Assembly (NCBI GenBank): GCA_963707955.1
Contig: OY970176.1
Span: 544,001-608,000 of the forward strand
Direction of reading: 5' to 3'
Origin: Candidatus Bathyarchaeota archaeon
Lineage (GTDB): Archaea > Thermoproteota > Bathyarchaeia > Bathyarchaeales > Bathycorpusculaceae
Length of the DNA stretch: 64,000 nt
Shown piece after piece: positions 28,450 to 37,849 of this stretch. Both the position numbers and the translations under genes were made by a program. Below the pieces are notes generated by a model that ran no database searches, had not been told where the DNA came from, and saw only the letters and a program-made list of their open reading frames with translations. Within the stretch, counting starts at the first letter, position 1; every line of letters starts with the position of its first letter.

Positions 28450-30541
28450 CTACAAACCCTCCTAAGTTCTCATCTTGTTCTGAGGTTCGAATCCTTATTC
28501 CCTGATAGAATCGAGTTCGTATGCCCTTAACCATAGGACGACTCTGTTTGAACAGAATGTATTTTCTTAGCTTCATTAGCAGTATTTGATCCGAGAGTGG
28601 AACCTGAGACCGCTTCTTACAGAACTCATTAAAGACTATAGAAAGTTGCTTTAGACTTATCTCAGACTGGAGATCTGGAACAAGCATACTCTCTGTGAAA
28701 TCTTTGACTATATCAACCGTCCATATGGCCTGAGTCTCATGGCTATCTGTTTCAATGGTGAATCCTTTGTTATCTAAGAGTCTCTTTAAGCCAACTAGAG
28801 CTTTGTTCAATAGGCCTGAAAGTTCTGTGTCCGTCGTTAGCTTGTCTAGAAGGTTGTTATCCCTTTTACCATTCTCTTTGCTAAAGACTCTGTCAAAATT
28901 GAAGATCTGTGGTCTTCGATAGAAAGCATAGCTAGTGTCTGTTGTTTCCGGAAGTTGGTTAGCAACGAAGAGTAGCTTGGCGTAGTTTACGAAATATATT
29001 GGATCTTGATGGAACTTTACGTCTCCCTTGATTCTGGATCTGCCGGTCATTTCCTTAAACTTAGAACTGTCTCTAAGCGCTTGGGTGCTAAGTTCGTCTG
29101 CTACGTTTGCCAGCTTACCATATGAGAGAGCTGTCTTGAAATTGTCCCCTAGCTCTTGCATTGGGACATGGCTAACGTTATCTTCTCCTAGGAATTTGAT
29201 TAATAGATTAAGGAAAGTGGTCTTACCGTTCTCGCCTTCTCCGACCAAGAAGAAAGCCTTTTCAAATAGATAGTTGCGATAAAGACAGAACCCGAAAAAC
29301 TCCAAGATTGTTTCTATGTGTTTATTGCTCTCAAGCCATTCAGAGAGAGCTTTGTCTATCAATGGGCAGGTTGCTTTAGGATCGTATCTTATTGGAAGCT
29401 TATTGAGAAAAGGTACGCTTGGTGTATGTGGCTGCAATTCAAGAGTGTTTATGTCTAGAATACCGTTTTGGAGACAGATTAAGTTTAGAGGTACGTTATC
29501 AAAGTAGCTTTCTGCTACCGGTACGCTAAGCTTGATTCTAGAGAGCACCTGTTCAAAGTCTATCCTTTGATAATCATCCCCGAACTCGTTTACTATGGCT
29601 AAGCCTATTGTCTGTTCAGGTAACCCCCGGGCTTTGTATATCCCATCCTCGTAGATGAAAAGCTGTTGATTTGGTAGACAGATAAAAACATGCTCTTGCA
29701 TAAGCTGTCTGAAAACTCTAGCTCTCTTTTCGATAGTAACGTCAGACTTCTTATAATATGGTATTCTAGTCTTGAAAGCGCTTGTTACTTTCTCTAGAAT
29801 AGTCTGATCTGGTAAAGGCGGTGTGTTCTTCAAATTCCAACTGAGGAGAATATCTCTAACCTCTTCAAAGGTCCTCTTCTGGGCTCTAAGTTTGCTTGCC
29901 AATAGAATGGCGGTATTATCCCGTTCACCCTCAGCTACTCCATGACTGAGAAGAGTCTCTATATCGAGAAACTTGGTATTTCTATTTGCTTTGGGTTTAA
30001 GATTATAATGCTGTATAATCTCTTTGAAAGTGATGGATGCATCTTGAATAGAAAGAATTGGCTTATCTACGACTAGATCTGAGTACATATTGGCTAGATG
30101 CTTGCTTGAGAGAAAGTCTACGTTCTCAAAGTTCTCATCTATCTGTACTTCTAGATCTGATAAAAGGAATACGTGATAACCATGGTTGGGTGTTTTCTCT
30201 ACGTAAGTCCCCATATCCTTAAAGTCTTCGTCTCTCCATAACCCTAACCCCTTCTTGTCATCAAAGTCTATACAAACTAGAAACTTACCAGATCTTGTCT
30301 TTCCGAGTATGACAGAGAACCCGTCAGCTTGGTCCCATCGCTGGCTCTCAAACTCACCCGGGGCCATAAGAGCTGTCTGGTATTGATCCCACTTCTCAAG
30401 TGGCTTATGGAAAGCTTTACTCTTTCTAATTTCTGTCTTGGTTGGGATTACGCTGAATCCTTGATCATACCAATACTTAGCTTTAGTCTTGATAGACTCA
30501 GACGTCAAGAGGATCTCTCCTTGGATAGAATGTTCGCCCAC
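28442..30541 (-). CDS. Primase-polymerase / PriCT / D5-like SF3 helicase fusion
   Basis: CIDFD and KTPNHGYH (prim-pol); EGERDN and WN..NTPPL (PriCT); GEGENGKTT, ADEL and FVAN (SF3). Confidence 0.9.
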   Translation of the reverse strand: MGEHSIQGEILLTSESIKTKAKYWYDQGFSVIPTKTEIRKSKAFHKPLEKWDQYQTALMAPGEFESQRWDQADGFSVILGKTRSGKFLVCIDFDDKKGLGLWRDEDFKDMGTYVEKTPNHGYHVFLLSDLEVQIDENFENVDFLSSKHLANMYSDLVVDKPILSIQDASITFKEIIQHYNLKPKANRNTKFLDIETLLSHGVAEGERDNTAILLASKLRAQKRTFEEVRDILLSWNLKNTPPLPDQTILEKVTSAFKTRIPYYKKSDVTIEKRARVFRQLMQEHVFICLPNQQLFIYEDGIYKARGLPEQTIGLAIVNEFGDDYQRIDFEQVLSRIKLSVPVAESYFDNVPLNLICLQNGILDINTLELQPHTPSVPFLNKLPIRYDPKATCPLIDKALSEWLESNKHIETILEFFGFCLYRNYLFEKAFFLVGEGENGKTTFLNLLIKFLGEDNVSHVPMQELGDNFKTALSYGKLANVADELSTQALRDSSKFKEMTGRSRIKGDVKFHQDPIYFVNYAKLLFVANQLPETTDTSYAFYRRPQIFNFDRVFSKENGKRDNNLLDKLTTDTELSGLLNKALVGLKRLLDNKGFTIETDSHETQAIWTVDIVKDFTESMLVPDLQSEISLKQLSIVFNEFCKKRSQVPLSDQILLMKLRKYILFKQSRPMVKGIRTRFYQGIRIRTSEQDENLGGFVDA

Positions 30542-30689
30542 AATTCTGGCATATGTACCGTTGAGTACGTCCGAACTTTCTTGTTACGAATGAACCGCCT
30601 AGGACAATATGATGGCTATGACAATCCGGGCACTCAAGACTAGAGCTGTCTGGCTTTCTTGGTCTGCCAACTTTATGCTTTTCCCGCAT
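30498..30689 (-). CDS. AT-hook plus zinc-ribbon protein
   Basis: VGRPRK, CPDC...QRYICQNCGRTF. Confidence 0.7.
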   Translation of the reverse strand: MREKHKVGRPRKPDSSSLECPDCHSHHIVLGGSFVTRKFGRTQRYICQNCGRTFYPRRDPLDV

Positions 30690-30844
30690 AGTTATACTCT
30701 CTATTACTTCACTAGGTATACTAGGGCACCAGAGAATTTAAACGTAGCTGTCACTCTTAGTGAATAAATATAAATTATTAGTCATTTCCTGAGTTTAATT
30801 CTGTAGATATACGAGCATGTTATACGGCTAGTTGTATTAATTGA

Positions 30845-31700
30845 AATTGTCTACCTAGATTGTCCTAGGGAGAGAATTTTAAGAGAGTAAAACTACAAAG
30901 ATAGAGGACCCGGGCTAGGGCTACAGATATATTATCATAATGATGAACTAGTTGGGTGCTTATAGAAAGTTACACTTTGCGGATGCCTATAAACGACGCT
31001 GATATTTGGTTTTCGGGTGCTGGCGGGGGTCGCATCAGTCAGTGACATTCTGGGCGACCGTAGTCGGTGCCGCTTTCTAATGCCTCTGGTGGCGTCAGCA
31101 TACTTTATCACTTCCAGCAGGCCTAAGCGGTGTAATTCCATATTTAGTGACACCGATAGCGACCGTAGACTGTTACTGTATGCTTGTAGAACACGTCCTT
31201 AGAATTTAACTTCTAGTGACGGGCTTATATATAATATGCTAGGAATTACACTATACAGTAAACTTAGTCAAATTGCGGTGTCACTACAAGCGGTCGCTCC
31301 CGGGGGTCGCCCGTAGCAAAACGATATCGTAGGTGTAACTGGCTAGGCGCGCTGATAAGGTCGTTAGGTAGGGGCACCGTAAGGTAGGCCCGAGATGCTG
31401 CTATAGTTTACTATATACTACTATTAGGAAACTTAGGGGGAACTCAAAGAGAGGAATGGGATTTGACTGACAGTATAGCAGATTGGATCTAGATCATCAT
31501 TGTTACCATATGAAGCTAGAGGTCGGGCAAAACAATGGTCTTTTGTCTACCCTGTCCTACCTCACTATTTATTCTCCCTATAATTACACTATATTAAATA
31601 TCTACACTCTTACAGATAAATAAGAGGGGAGGTAGGGTAAGCTAGACAGGTCGGGCAAATTACCATCAAAGACCATAAGGCGATTGCCCAGAGTAGCCAA
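30845..31700. promoter_or_regulatory. Putative replication origin or packaging region of element II
   Basis: Largely non-coding stretch between divergent operons, with repeated GGTCGC/GCGACC, GGTGT(A/C)A and AGGTCGGGCAAA motifs around an AT-rich core. Confidence 0.5.
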
Positions 31701-31873
31701 GGGCTCTCTATTAGCTCTCTACCCCCAATTGAAACTACCCGTGCATCCCTTTTAGTGAATAGAACTTAGATCTTACTCGGTACTTTAGCTATTCGCCAAC
31801 TATGCAACCAACAATGCATTATCTAACGTATTTCAAGTGAGGTATAAATAACAGTTGTCCCATGATCTAAACT

Positions 31874-32239
31874 GTGAGAATCTTGACAGTAAAGACATGG
31901 GGAGGACAGCCATACTTAGACACTAACCGCCATTCTAGTCCCAGAGAGATTTGCATAGCCCAAGATGATCTTTACTCTGAGCAGATGAAGATAGAGAACT
32001 TAGCTATTCGACATAACATGGCCCAAGAGTCTAGGCTAGAAGGGCAAGTTCTCCGAGACCAAGAAAACTTGGCTATTTCTAGATCTCTAAAGTGGGGCCA
32101 CAGGCTAGAAAGAGACTCTAAGATTTCTTCTTCCCTTCATAATCAGACCATTTCCAAAGATTCTCACATAGACTCTCAGAGTCTCCTAGCAACCTATAGA
32201 CAGTATCTAATAGACTACTTTGGAGGTGATACAGAATGA
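31874..32239 (+). CDS. Hypothetical protein (element II)
   Basis: ORF coupled by an ATGA overlap to the next gene; start uncertain. Confidence 0.5.
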   Translation: MRILTVKTWGGQPYLDTNRHSSPREICIAQDDLYSEQMKIENLAIRHNMAQESRLEGQVLRDQENLAISRSLKWGHRLERDSKISSSLHNQTISKDSHIDSQSLLATYRQYLIDYFGGDTE

Positions 32240-32487
32240 CAGAGAAAAGTAAGCCTAAGAAGAGAGAGATCTTTGGAGATCCTAAGCAGAGTCTAACATG
32301 CTCTATCTGTCATGAGACTAAGCCATTAACAACTGAGTTCTTCTGGATTTATAAAGACAAGAGAAACGGGCCTAAGATCTTAGATAACGTGTACTTCCAA
32401 GGTAAGACTAACGGTAAAGGCCCGGGCTGCAAAGCTTGTTATAAACTATATAGAAAGAGACTAGCTAGAAAGAAAGAGAATAACTAA
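32236..32487 (+). CDS. Small phage-type Zn-finger protein
   Basis: CSICHETKPLTTEFF...CKAC; GGAGGTG ribosome-binding site. Confidence 0.7.
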   Translation: MTEKSKPKKREIFGDPKQSLTCSICHETKPLTTEFFWIYKDKRNGPKILDNVYFQGKTNGKGPGCKACYKLYRKRLARKKENN

Positions 32488-32575
32488 GATCTCTTCTATC
32501 CTTTTTTTCTCATATTCTTGTTTCAGCTTGACTAAGGCTTTTTTTATGTCATGACTTAGACTAGAAAAAGAGTCA

Positions 32576-32926
32576 TTATGTTTTTGAGTTTAGAATATTA
32601 TTTAGAGCTTGCAGTTCTAAAAGTTCTTCTTCCGTGATATTTCGGTCTTTCAGTTTTTGTTCTAATTCATCTTTTCTTTCTCTCATTTTCAAGACTTCTA
32701 CTTCTTTCCTCAATCCTAGAATGTAGTCTCTCTTTTTCTCAAAATCAGCTCCAAGAGAGTCAAACTTTTTCCATGTTTCATGTTTGTCTTTATCAAGTTG
32801 GGCTTCTCTCGCTTCTGTCTCTTTTTCAGTTTCAAATGGGGTAGACTTATTCTTTAATCTTGCATACTCTTTGCTTAGTTTTCCAATTTCATTATTCAAT
32901 TCTTCAAATGCTTTATCATCTATCAT
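32576..32926 (-). CDS. Coiled-coil hypothetical protein (cargo)
   Basis: Highly charged heptad-rich ORF. Confidence 0.6.
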   Translation of the reverse strand: MIDDKAFEELNNEIGKLSKEYARLKNKSTPFETEKETEAREAQLDKDKHETWKKFDSLGADFEKKRDYILGLRKEVEVLKMRERKDELEQKLKDRNITEEELLELQALNNILNSKT

Positions 32927-33047
32927 TTTTAAACCCCTAATTTGTCTTATGTTGCTATGCAGATATAAAATCTTTCACAATTCATTGTAATTCTCGCAAA
33001 ACCTATATTGATAGATTTTCAATGAGAAAAGGGAGTGAGAACTGATA

Positions 33048-34418
33048 ATGAAGTTGAGTTGGATATTGGTTCTAGTGTTCTTTCTATCGCTAGGGATAGG
33101 TCTGGTTCCCAAAAGCACTTGCCAGAATACGGACAATGTTGACATCACTATTTATCCTAATATCAGTGACATAGACTTCAAAAACGGAATCGTTACTTTC
33201 TCAAATCTCTATTTGGAGATTGATGCAAATGAGAGTTTTGCTGTCGGCATTTTTACCACCGCATTACAATCTCCCTCTTGGATAGACAACCGAGCAACCT
33301 ACGATAATAAAACTGGACTATACTCACTAAACCAAGAAGAATTCCCGAATGGTCGCCAACTCAAGTTTAGTCTTAAAGAAGATTTGACGCACTGGACACT
33401 CATTAATGACAGACTTGAATGTGGAATAGCAATAGGACTAAACATAACATCCAGTTTGGGAGTGAAGAATGTTTACCCCGGTCTTAATTTTCCTTTGCAA
33501 GATAACTGGAATGTTACGGCAACTATTACCGAAGCCACGCCCGCAGAGGCATCCCAATATGCACTTTATGGTATGCATGCGATAAATCAATCAATTTCAT
33601 CTAGCAATTTGACACAGTTCTACGTGATTAAGATTGATGTCATTCGCATTTCCGTGGGGATAAACGTAGTCTACTGGATTCCGCTCCTCTTTATGCTTGC
33701 ACTTCTTTTTGCTTCACTTAAACTGGTTCGAGAGAGGGATTTGGAAAATTCTTTGTTAGTTTATATCTCCGTTGATATTTTTGGTTTTGGTTATCTTCTG
33801 ACTCTAATGAACATCACTCCCTCAGTTATTACTTCAATAGATATTCTCACACTTGTCGATGTTTCATTGAGTTTTGTTTTCTCTATATGGGCAATTTTCA
33901 GACATCCTGCAAAGGGAGACAAAAAGAAGATTAAAAGCGAAAAGGTCTATAGTGAGACACAAAACAAGAATGTGAAGCCAATGGGTGAGGAACAAACTAC
34001 TGATGAGATTCTGAAACTTATTCGATTGGTTGACAATCAAAAAGACAAGTTGTTTAGAGCCCGTGACCTTATTTACAGTTGGTCTTTTATCTTCTTAGCC
34101 ATATTTGTGCTATACCTTTTCGTAGAGCCTATTTTGCTTTTCAGCACGCCGTCATCAACTGATAAGGCTATATTGACTTTATCCTTCGTTACAGTGATCG
34201 TTGCAATCTTAGCTCTCATTGTACCATTTTCCAAAGAAACCATAATTTTGAAGAGTTTCAAGAGATTGGAAATGTGTGTCGAGGAAGACAAGAAACCTCT
34301 GCTTAAAGCGTTAATCAAGATAAAAAGCAAAAACAATGAATTTTGCCTAGAACAGATTTACAACATGGACAAAGGTATGTTCACGAAAGAAGAACTGATT
34401 AAAAGGCTATATGAGTAG
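33048..34418 (+). CDS. Multi-pass membrane protein with an extracellular N-terminal domain (cargo)
   Basis: Signal peptide, sequon-rich domain, about five TMs; may be a fusion of two genes. Confidence 0.65.
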   Translation: MKLSWILVLVFFLSLGIGLVPKSTCQNTDNVDITIYPNISDIDFKNGIVTFSNLYLEIDANESFAVGIFTTALQSPSWIDNRATYDNKTGLYSLNQEEFPNGRQLKFSLKEDLTHWTLINDRLECGIAIGLNITSSLGVKNVYPGLNFPLQDNWNVTATITEATPAEASQYALYGMHAINQSISSSNLTQFYVIKIDVIRISVGINVVYWIPLLFMLALLFASLKLVRERDLENSLLVYISVDIFGFGYLLTLMNITPSVITSIDILTLVDVSLSFVFSIWAIFRHPAKGDKKKIKSEKVYSETQNKNVKPMGEEQTTDEILKLIRLVDNQKDKLFRARDLIYSWSFIFLAIFVLYLFVEPILLFSTPSSTDKAILTLSFVTVIVAILALIVPFSKETIILKSFKRLEMCVEEDKKPLLKALIKIKSKNNEFCLEQIYNMDKGMFTKEELIKRLYE

Positions 34419-34475
34419 TTTCGCGCTAGAAGATCACTATCCTTGTACTTATAGAATTAGAATAGAAAGACTCTT

Positions 34476-34491
34476 ATTTCATAAAAGAATT
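34476..34491 (+). repeat. attR core of element II (ATTTC-ATAAAA-GAATT)
   Basis: Matches attL at 24012-24027. Confidence 0.75.
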
Positions 34492-34700
34492 GCCAACATG
34501 GAAGCTTCAAACCTTGCAGGGGGTTAAGCAGTGTTGATGCGTAAGTTGTCACAGGGAAAAGGCAAAGCAGAGAACGTTGTTCACAGACCATAGTTCCAAA
34601 TGAGCACGCGCGCTGGTCCGTTACTGGCCCAATGTTAACGTGCAGATGCACAAGCAGGGTCCACGACCTATAGAGTTAATTATTTTGCCATTGTTGTCGC

Positions 34701-35387
34701 TTGCAGAGGAGGATCAAAACTCGTTTCGCAGTCGGCCACATGGCGTTAGGGCATATCTTGGGCAAGACTTCGTCCAAACTCTTGAAAACAAACCTTAACA
34801 TTCCGCTCGTGCTGACCTTATCTATCATCCCAGACATAGATATCCTAGCAGAACACGTGCCTGCTTTGGCTCCGATCCTCCAGCACAGGGGCGCAACACA
34901 TTCGCTTGTGGTTTCGTTTATCATCTTCATTCCTTTCTTTGCAGTCTATCGGAAGACTGCGGTTCCGTATTTCATAGCCTTGATCCAGCACGCTCTGATA
35001 GGTGACTACTTAACTGGAGCGGGTTTGCAGCTCTTGTGGCCGATAAGCCAGCAACGTTTTGGATTAGCAGGGGCAAGCATAATGAGCGCAGAAAACGTGG
35101 CTTTAGAATTCAGTCTGTTCGTCCTGTCCATTGCGATCCTGCTAATTACTCGGGATATAGTCAGATTGTTTCAGGCTCATCGGTCCAACCTCATACTGAT
35201 GATCCCCCTTTTCACGGTGTTGCTGCCAATCTTCTTGAGCTACCCTTTGTCTGTGCCTGCTTGGTTAATCGTGCCGCATTTAGTGTACATGGTCCTTTTT
35301 GCAGCCAGTGTCATCTTAGAACTGCCAAGATTCTTCAGGTGTCAGCGTAGCCAGAAATCAGACCTTGTCCTGAGCAAGCAGGTGTGA
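34701..35387 (+). CDS. Membrane metal-dependent hydrolase (YdjM-like)
   Basis: GH, IPDID, HRGATHS and H.LIGD motifs. Confidence 0.85.
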   Translation: MQRRIKTRFAVGHMALGHILGKTSSKLLKTNLNIPLVLTLSIIPDIDILAEHVPALAPILQHRGATHSLVVSFIIFIPFFAVYRKTAVPYFIALIQHALIGDYLTGAGLQLLWPISQQRFGLAGASIMSAENVALEFSLFVLSIAILLITRDIVRLFQAHRSNLILMIPLFTVLLPIFLSYPLSVPAWLIVPHLVYMVLFAASVILELPRFFRCQRSQKSDLVLSKQV

Positions 35388-35393
35388 AAATTA

Positions 35394-36572
35394 CTAGGAC
35401 GGTGGCGGAGGCCTTGTTCCCAAGGTTAGTAGCAAATCGATATTTTGATTGTTCCTGACAAGGTTTAAGGTCACATTTTCGTTAGGCAGCGTGTTTTCTT
35501 CCAAGTAACTGGACATAGCGTCGCCGTTTATTATGCGAGTCTTATTGATCCCGACCAGTATGTCGTCGACGTGCACTCCTGCCTTGTCCGCCGGTCCTCC
35601 AGGGATCACTTCACCGATCCACCAGCCGTAGGTTACGTTTGTGTGCAGAGTTTGAGCTTCGAAGTAGTTCATGTCTCCTCCTCGGTCAGGCGTCGATCCT
35701 ACGCCCAGATATGAGTGGCCGTCGTAATGGCCAGTTGCAACCAAGGCTGCTATCTCCTTGAGTATCGTGTCCGAGGCAACGGCGAAAACTACTCCCTGAG
35801 CCGGCGTGCCCTGAGAAACCTCAGCTGTAGCTGCAGTTATCCCCACGACTTTGCCGTCGAGGTTCAGCAAGGGACCACCAGAGTTGCCCGGGTTTGCAGG
35901 AGTGCTCGTTTGTATGATGTCTGCTATCGCAAAACCCCCAGCATATTCGGTCTCAGGTATCGTCCTGCCGAGACCGCTTATCACGCCCGTGGTCATCGAC
36001 CCCGTTAAGCCGAAGGGGGCCCCTATCGCCACCACAGAGTCTCCAACCCTCAACGTTGAAGAACTCACAACATCAATCGGCTTGAATTCATCCTCGGGAG
36101 CGCCTACAACCGAGACCACTGCTAAATCTGAGTACGGGTCTGTCCCATTCACCGTAGCTGCGTAGCCGTCACCGTTTGAAAAAGTCACGCTTAAGCTCGT
36201 CGTTCCGGATACAACGTGGTTGTTTGTTACCACAAGCAATGACCCCGTCATGTTGTAGACAAAACCTGAACCCTGAACGGTTCCGTTGCTCGTCTGACCT
36301 TCAATCAGAACGATCGAGTCCTTGACCTTCTGGTACAATTCGTTTAACGCCGTTGTGTTCCAATTGAGATTAATCGTCTGGTAGAGGTTCGTCTGGTTGC
36401 CCGACATGCTCGAGACTATACTTGAAAGGTTTGAAACATCATTCTCAAGATTGTTGATCTTCTGCAAAAACACGTAAGATGTTATCAGTCCTCCCATTAT
36501 CAGTCCTGCAACGAGAACTAGAGCTATGACTGTTGCAGAAGAACCTACTCGGTGTTCGTTCATCTGTTTCAC
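35394..36572 (-). CDS. HtrA/DegP-like serine protease with PDZ domain
   Basis: GSGF, TNNHVV, DLAV and NPGNSGGPL motifs, C-terminal PDZ. Confidence 0.92.
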   Translation of the reverse strand: MKQMNEHRVGSSATVIALVLVAGLIMGGLITSYVFLQKINNLENDVSNLSSIVSSMSGNQTNLYQTINLNWNTTALNELYQKVKDSIVLIEGQTSNGTVQGSGFVYNMTGSLLVVTNNHVVSGTTSLSVTFSNGDGYAATVNGTDPYSDLAVVSVVGAPEDEFKPIDVVSSSTLRVGDSVVAIGAPFGLTGSMTTGVISGLGRTIPETEYAGGFAIADIIQTSTPANPGNSGGPLLNLDGKVVGITAATAEVSQGTPAQGVVFAVASDTILKEIAALVATGHYDGHSYLGVGSTPDRGGDMNYFEAQTLHTNVTYGWWIGEVIPGGPADKAGVHVDDILVGINKTRIINGDAMSSYLEENTLPNENVTLNLVRNNQNIDLLLTLGTRPPPPS

Positions 36573-36628
36573 CTTCCTCTAAGTGAGTCGAAAGACACCT
36601 CTTAAGAGTTACGGAAAACCTGCTCCAG

Positions 36629-37765
36629 TCAATCCCTGAAGAGTCTAACCGCCAAAAGAGCCAGGACCGGCATAACAACCGCTGCCACCACAAATGGATA
36701 CTCGGGCGAAAACGCGTAGAGAAGACCACCAAGGTACGGCGCGATGAAGGACGCAAACATGCTTACTGTCTGAGGCACTGCTACCCAACGTGCCCTGCAC
36801 GATTCTGGGGCCATAGGGCCTGCGATAGCACTCAACAAAGACCACGTTAAGTATGAACCGCCGATCAGAAGAAATGAGACTGCAAGAATGGCGAAACTGC
36901 CCGACAACAGCAACAGAACCGTTGATACACTGGTCAGAATGGCAGACAGTGCAAGAGGATACGATTTGCCTTTCTTGTCTCCGAGTCTGCCAAGAAGGAG
37001 ACTCAGTACCGCTGAGCTTGCAAAAGAAATTGAACCGAGAACACCCACTTCAAAATCGCCAAGCTTGTACACATCGGCAACGAACTCTGGAATGAAAGGT
37101 CGAAACATCGTCAAAACAAACATTAATACAGCGAAGAAAATCGTCATGACCAACAGTTTTTGAGTTTTCAGAAGTTCTTTAAATGAATAATCATTCTCCG
37201 TGCGGGTTTGAATGTTCTTTGCGCGTTGGCTCTTGATGAAGAAAAGTGTCAGACAGGCCAAAGAGTAAAGAATGAAGGCCATGTAGAAAACAGGTTTCAT
37301 GCCCATGTTTCCGGACAGAAATCCCCCCAGAGCAGGAGAAAAAATGTAACCGATTGACCATGCAGCGGACATCGTCGTGAAAGTCAACGTCAACATGCTG
37401 GGGTCGGCCGCGGTCACGATGTAAGCTGTTCCAGCGGGTTGTCCTAGCCAAAAACCCCACATTATCATTCCAGGAACCATTCCAATCCAGTTGCCGGCTA
37501 TCGAAAAGATCAACGGCACAGGCAGCCATGCAAGCCACCCGGCGATCATGATTTTCTTGCGGTCGTACCTGTCTGCAAGCGTTCCTGAGATTAGGAGAGT
37601 CAGGGCAGCGGATAGACTGAGCACTGCGTAAAGTATGCCTATCTGAACTGAGTCAGCGCCCAACGTGTTACTCATGTAAACTGGCAGAAGATACGCGTAG
37701 AGGCCATCGCCGAAAGAGCCCACCAAGTTACAAGTGAAGACCAATTTCAAATCTTTGCTCAGCAC
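36629..37765 (-). CDS. MFS transporter
   Basis: GTLADRYDRKK motif A; about 12 TMs. Confidence 0.9.
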   Translation of the reverse strand: MLSKDLKLVFTCNLVGSFGDGLYAYLLPVYMSNTLGADSVQIGILYAVLSLSAALTLLISGTLADRYDRKKIMIAGWLAWLPVPLIFSIAGNWIGMVPGMIMWGFWLGQPAGTAYIVTAADPSMLTLTFTTMSAAWSIGYIFSPALGGFLSGNMGMKPVFYMAFILYSLACLTLFFIKSQRAKNIQTRTENDYSFKELLKTQKLLVMTIFFAVLMFVLTMFRPFIPEFVADVYKLGDFEVGVLGSISFASSAVLSLLLGRLGDKKGKSYPLALSAILTSVSTVLLLLSGSFAILAVSFLLIGGSYLTWSLLSAIAGPMAPESCRARWVAVPQTVSMFASFIAPYLGGLLYAFSPEYPFVVAAVVMPVLALLAVRLFRD

Positions 37766-37849
37766 TGGCGAACCTCCTGCGCCACTATCGTGTTAGATTG
37801 TTGTTCTTACTTTTTTCGGCGATTGCTGAACAGTTAACGACTCTCTATG

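Larger units (their letters stand above)
24012..34491. mobile_element. Element II: integrated virus-satellite-like or defective provirus element (~10.5 kb)
   Basis: Direct repeat TTCATAAAAGAA at both ends; integrase, primase-helicase and TerL; lower GC and CTAG-rich. Confidence 0.85.

Noticed and set aside
30498-30689. IS1-like zinc ribbon suggesting an insertion sequence
   Set aside because: No DDE transposase or terminal inverted repeats; the gene heads the element's replication operon.
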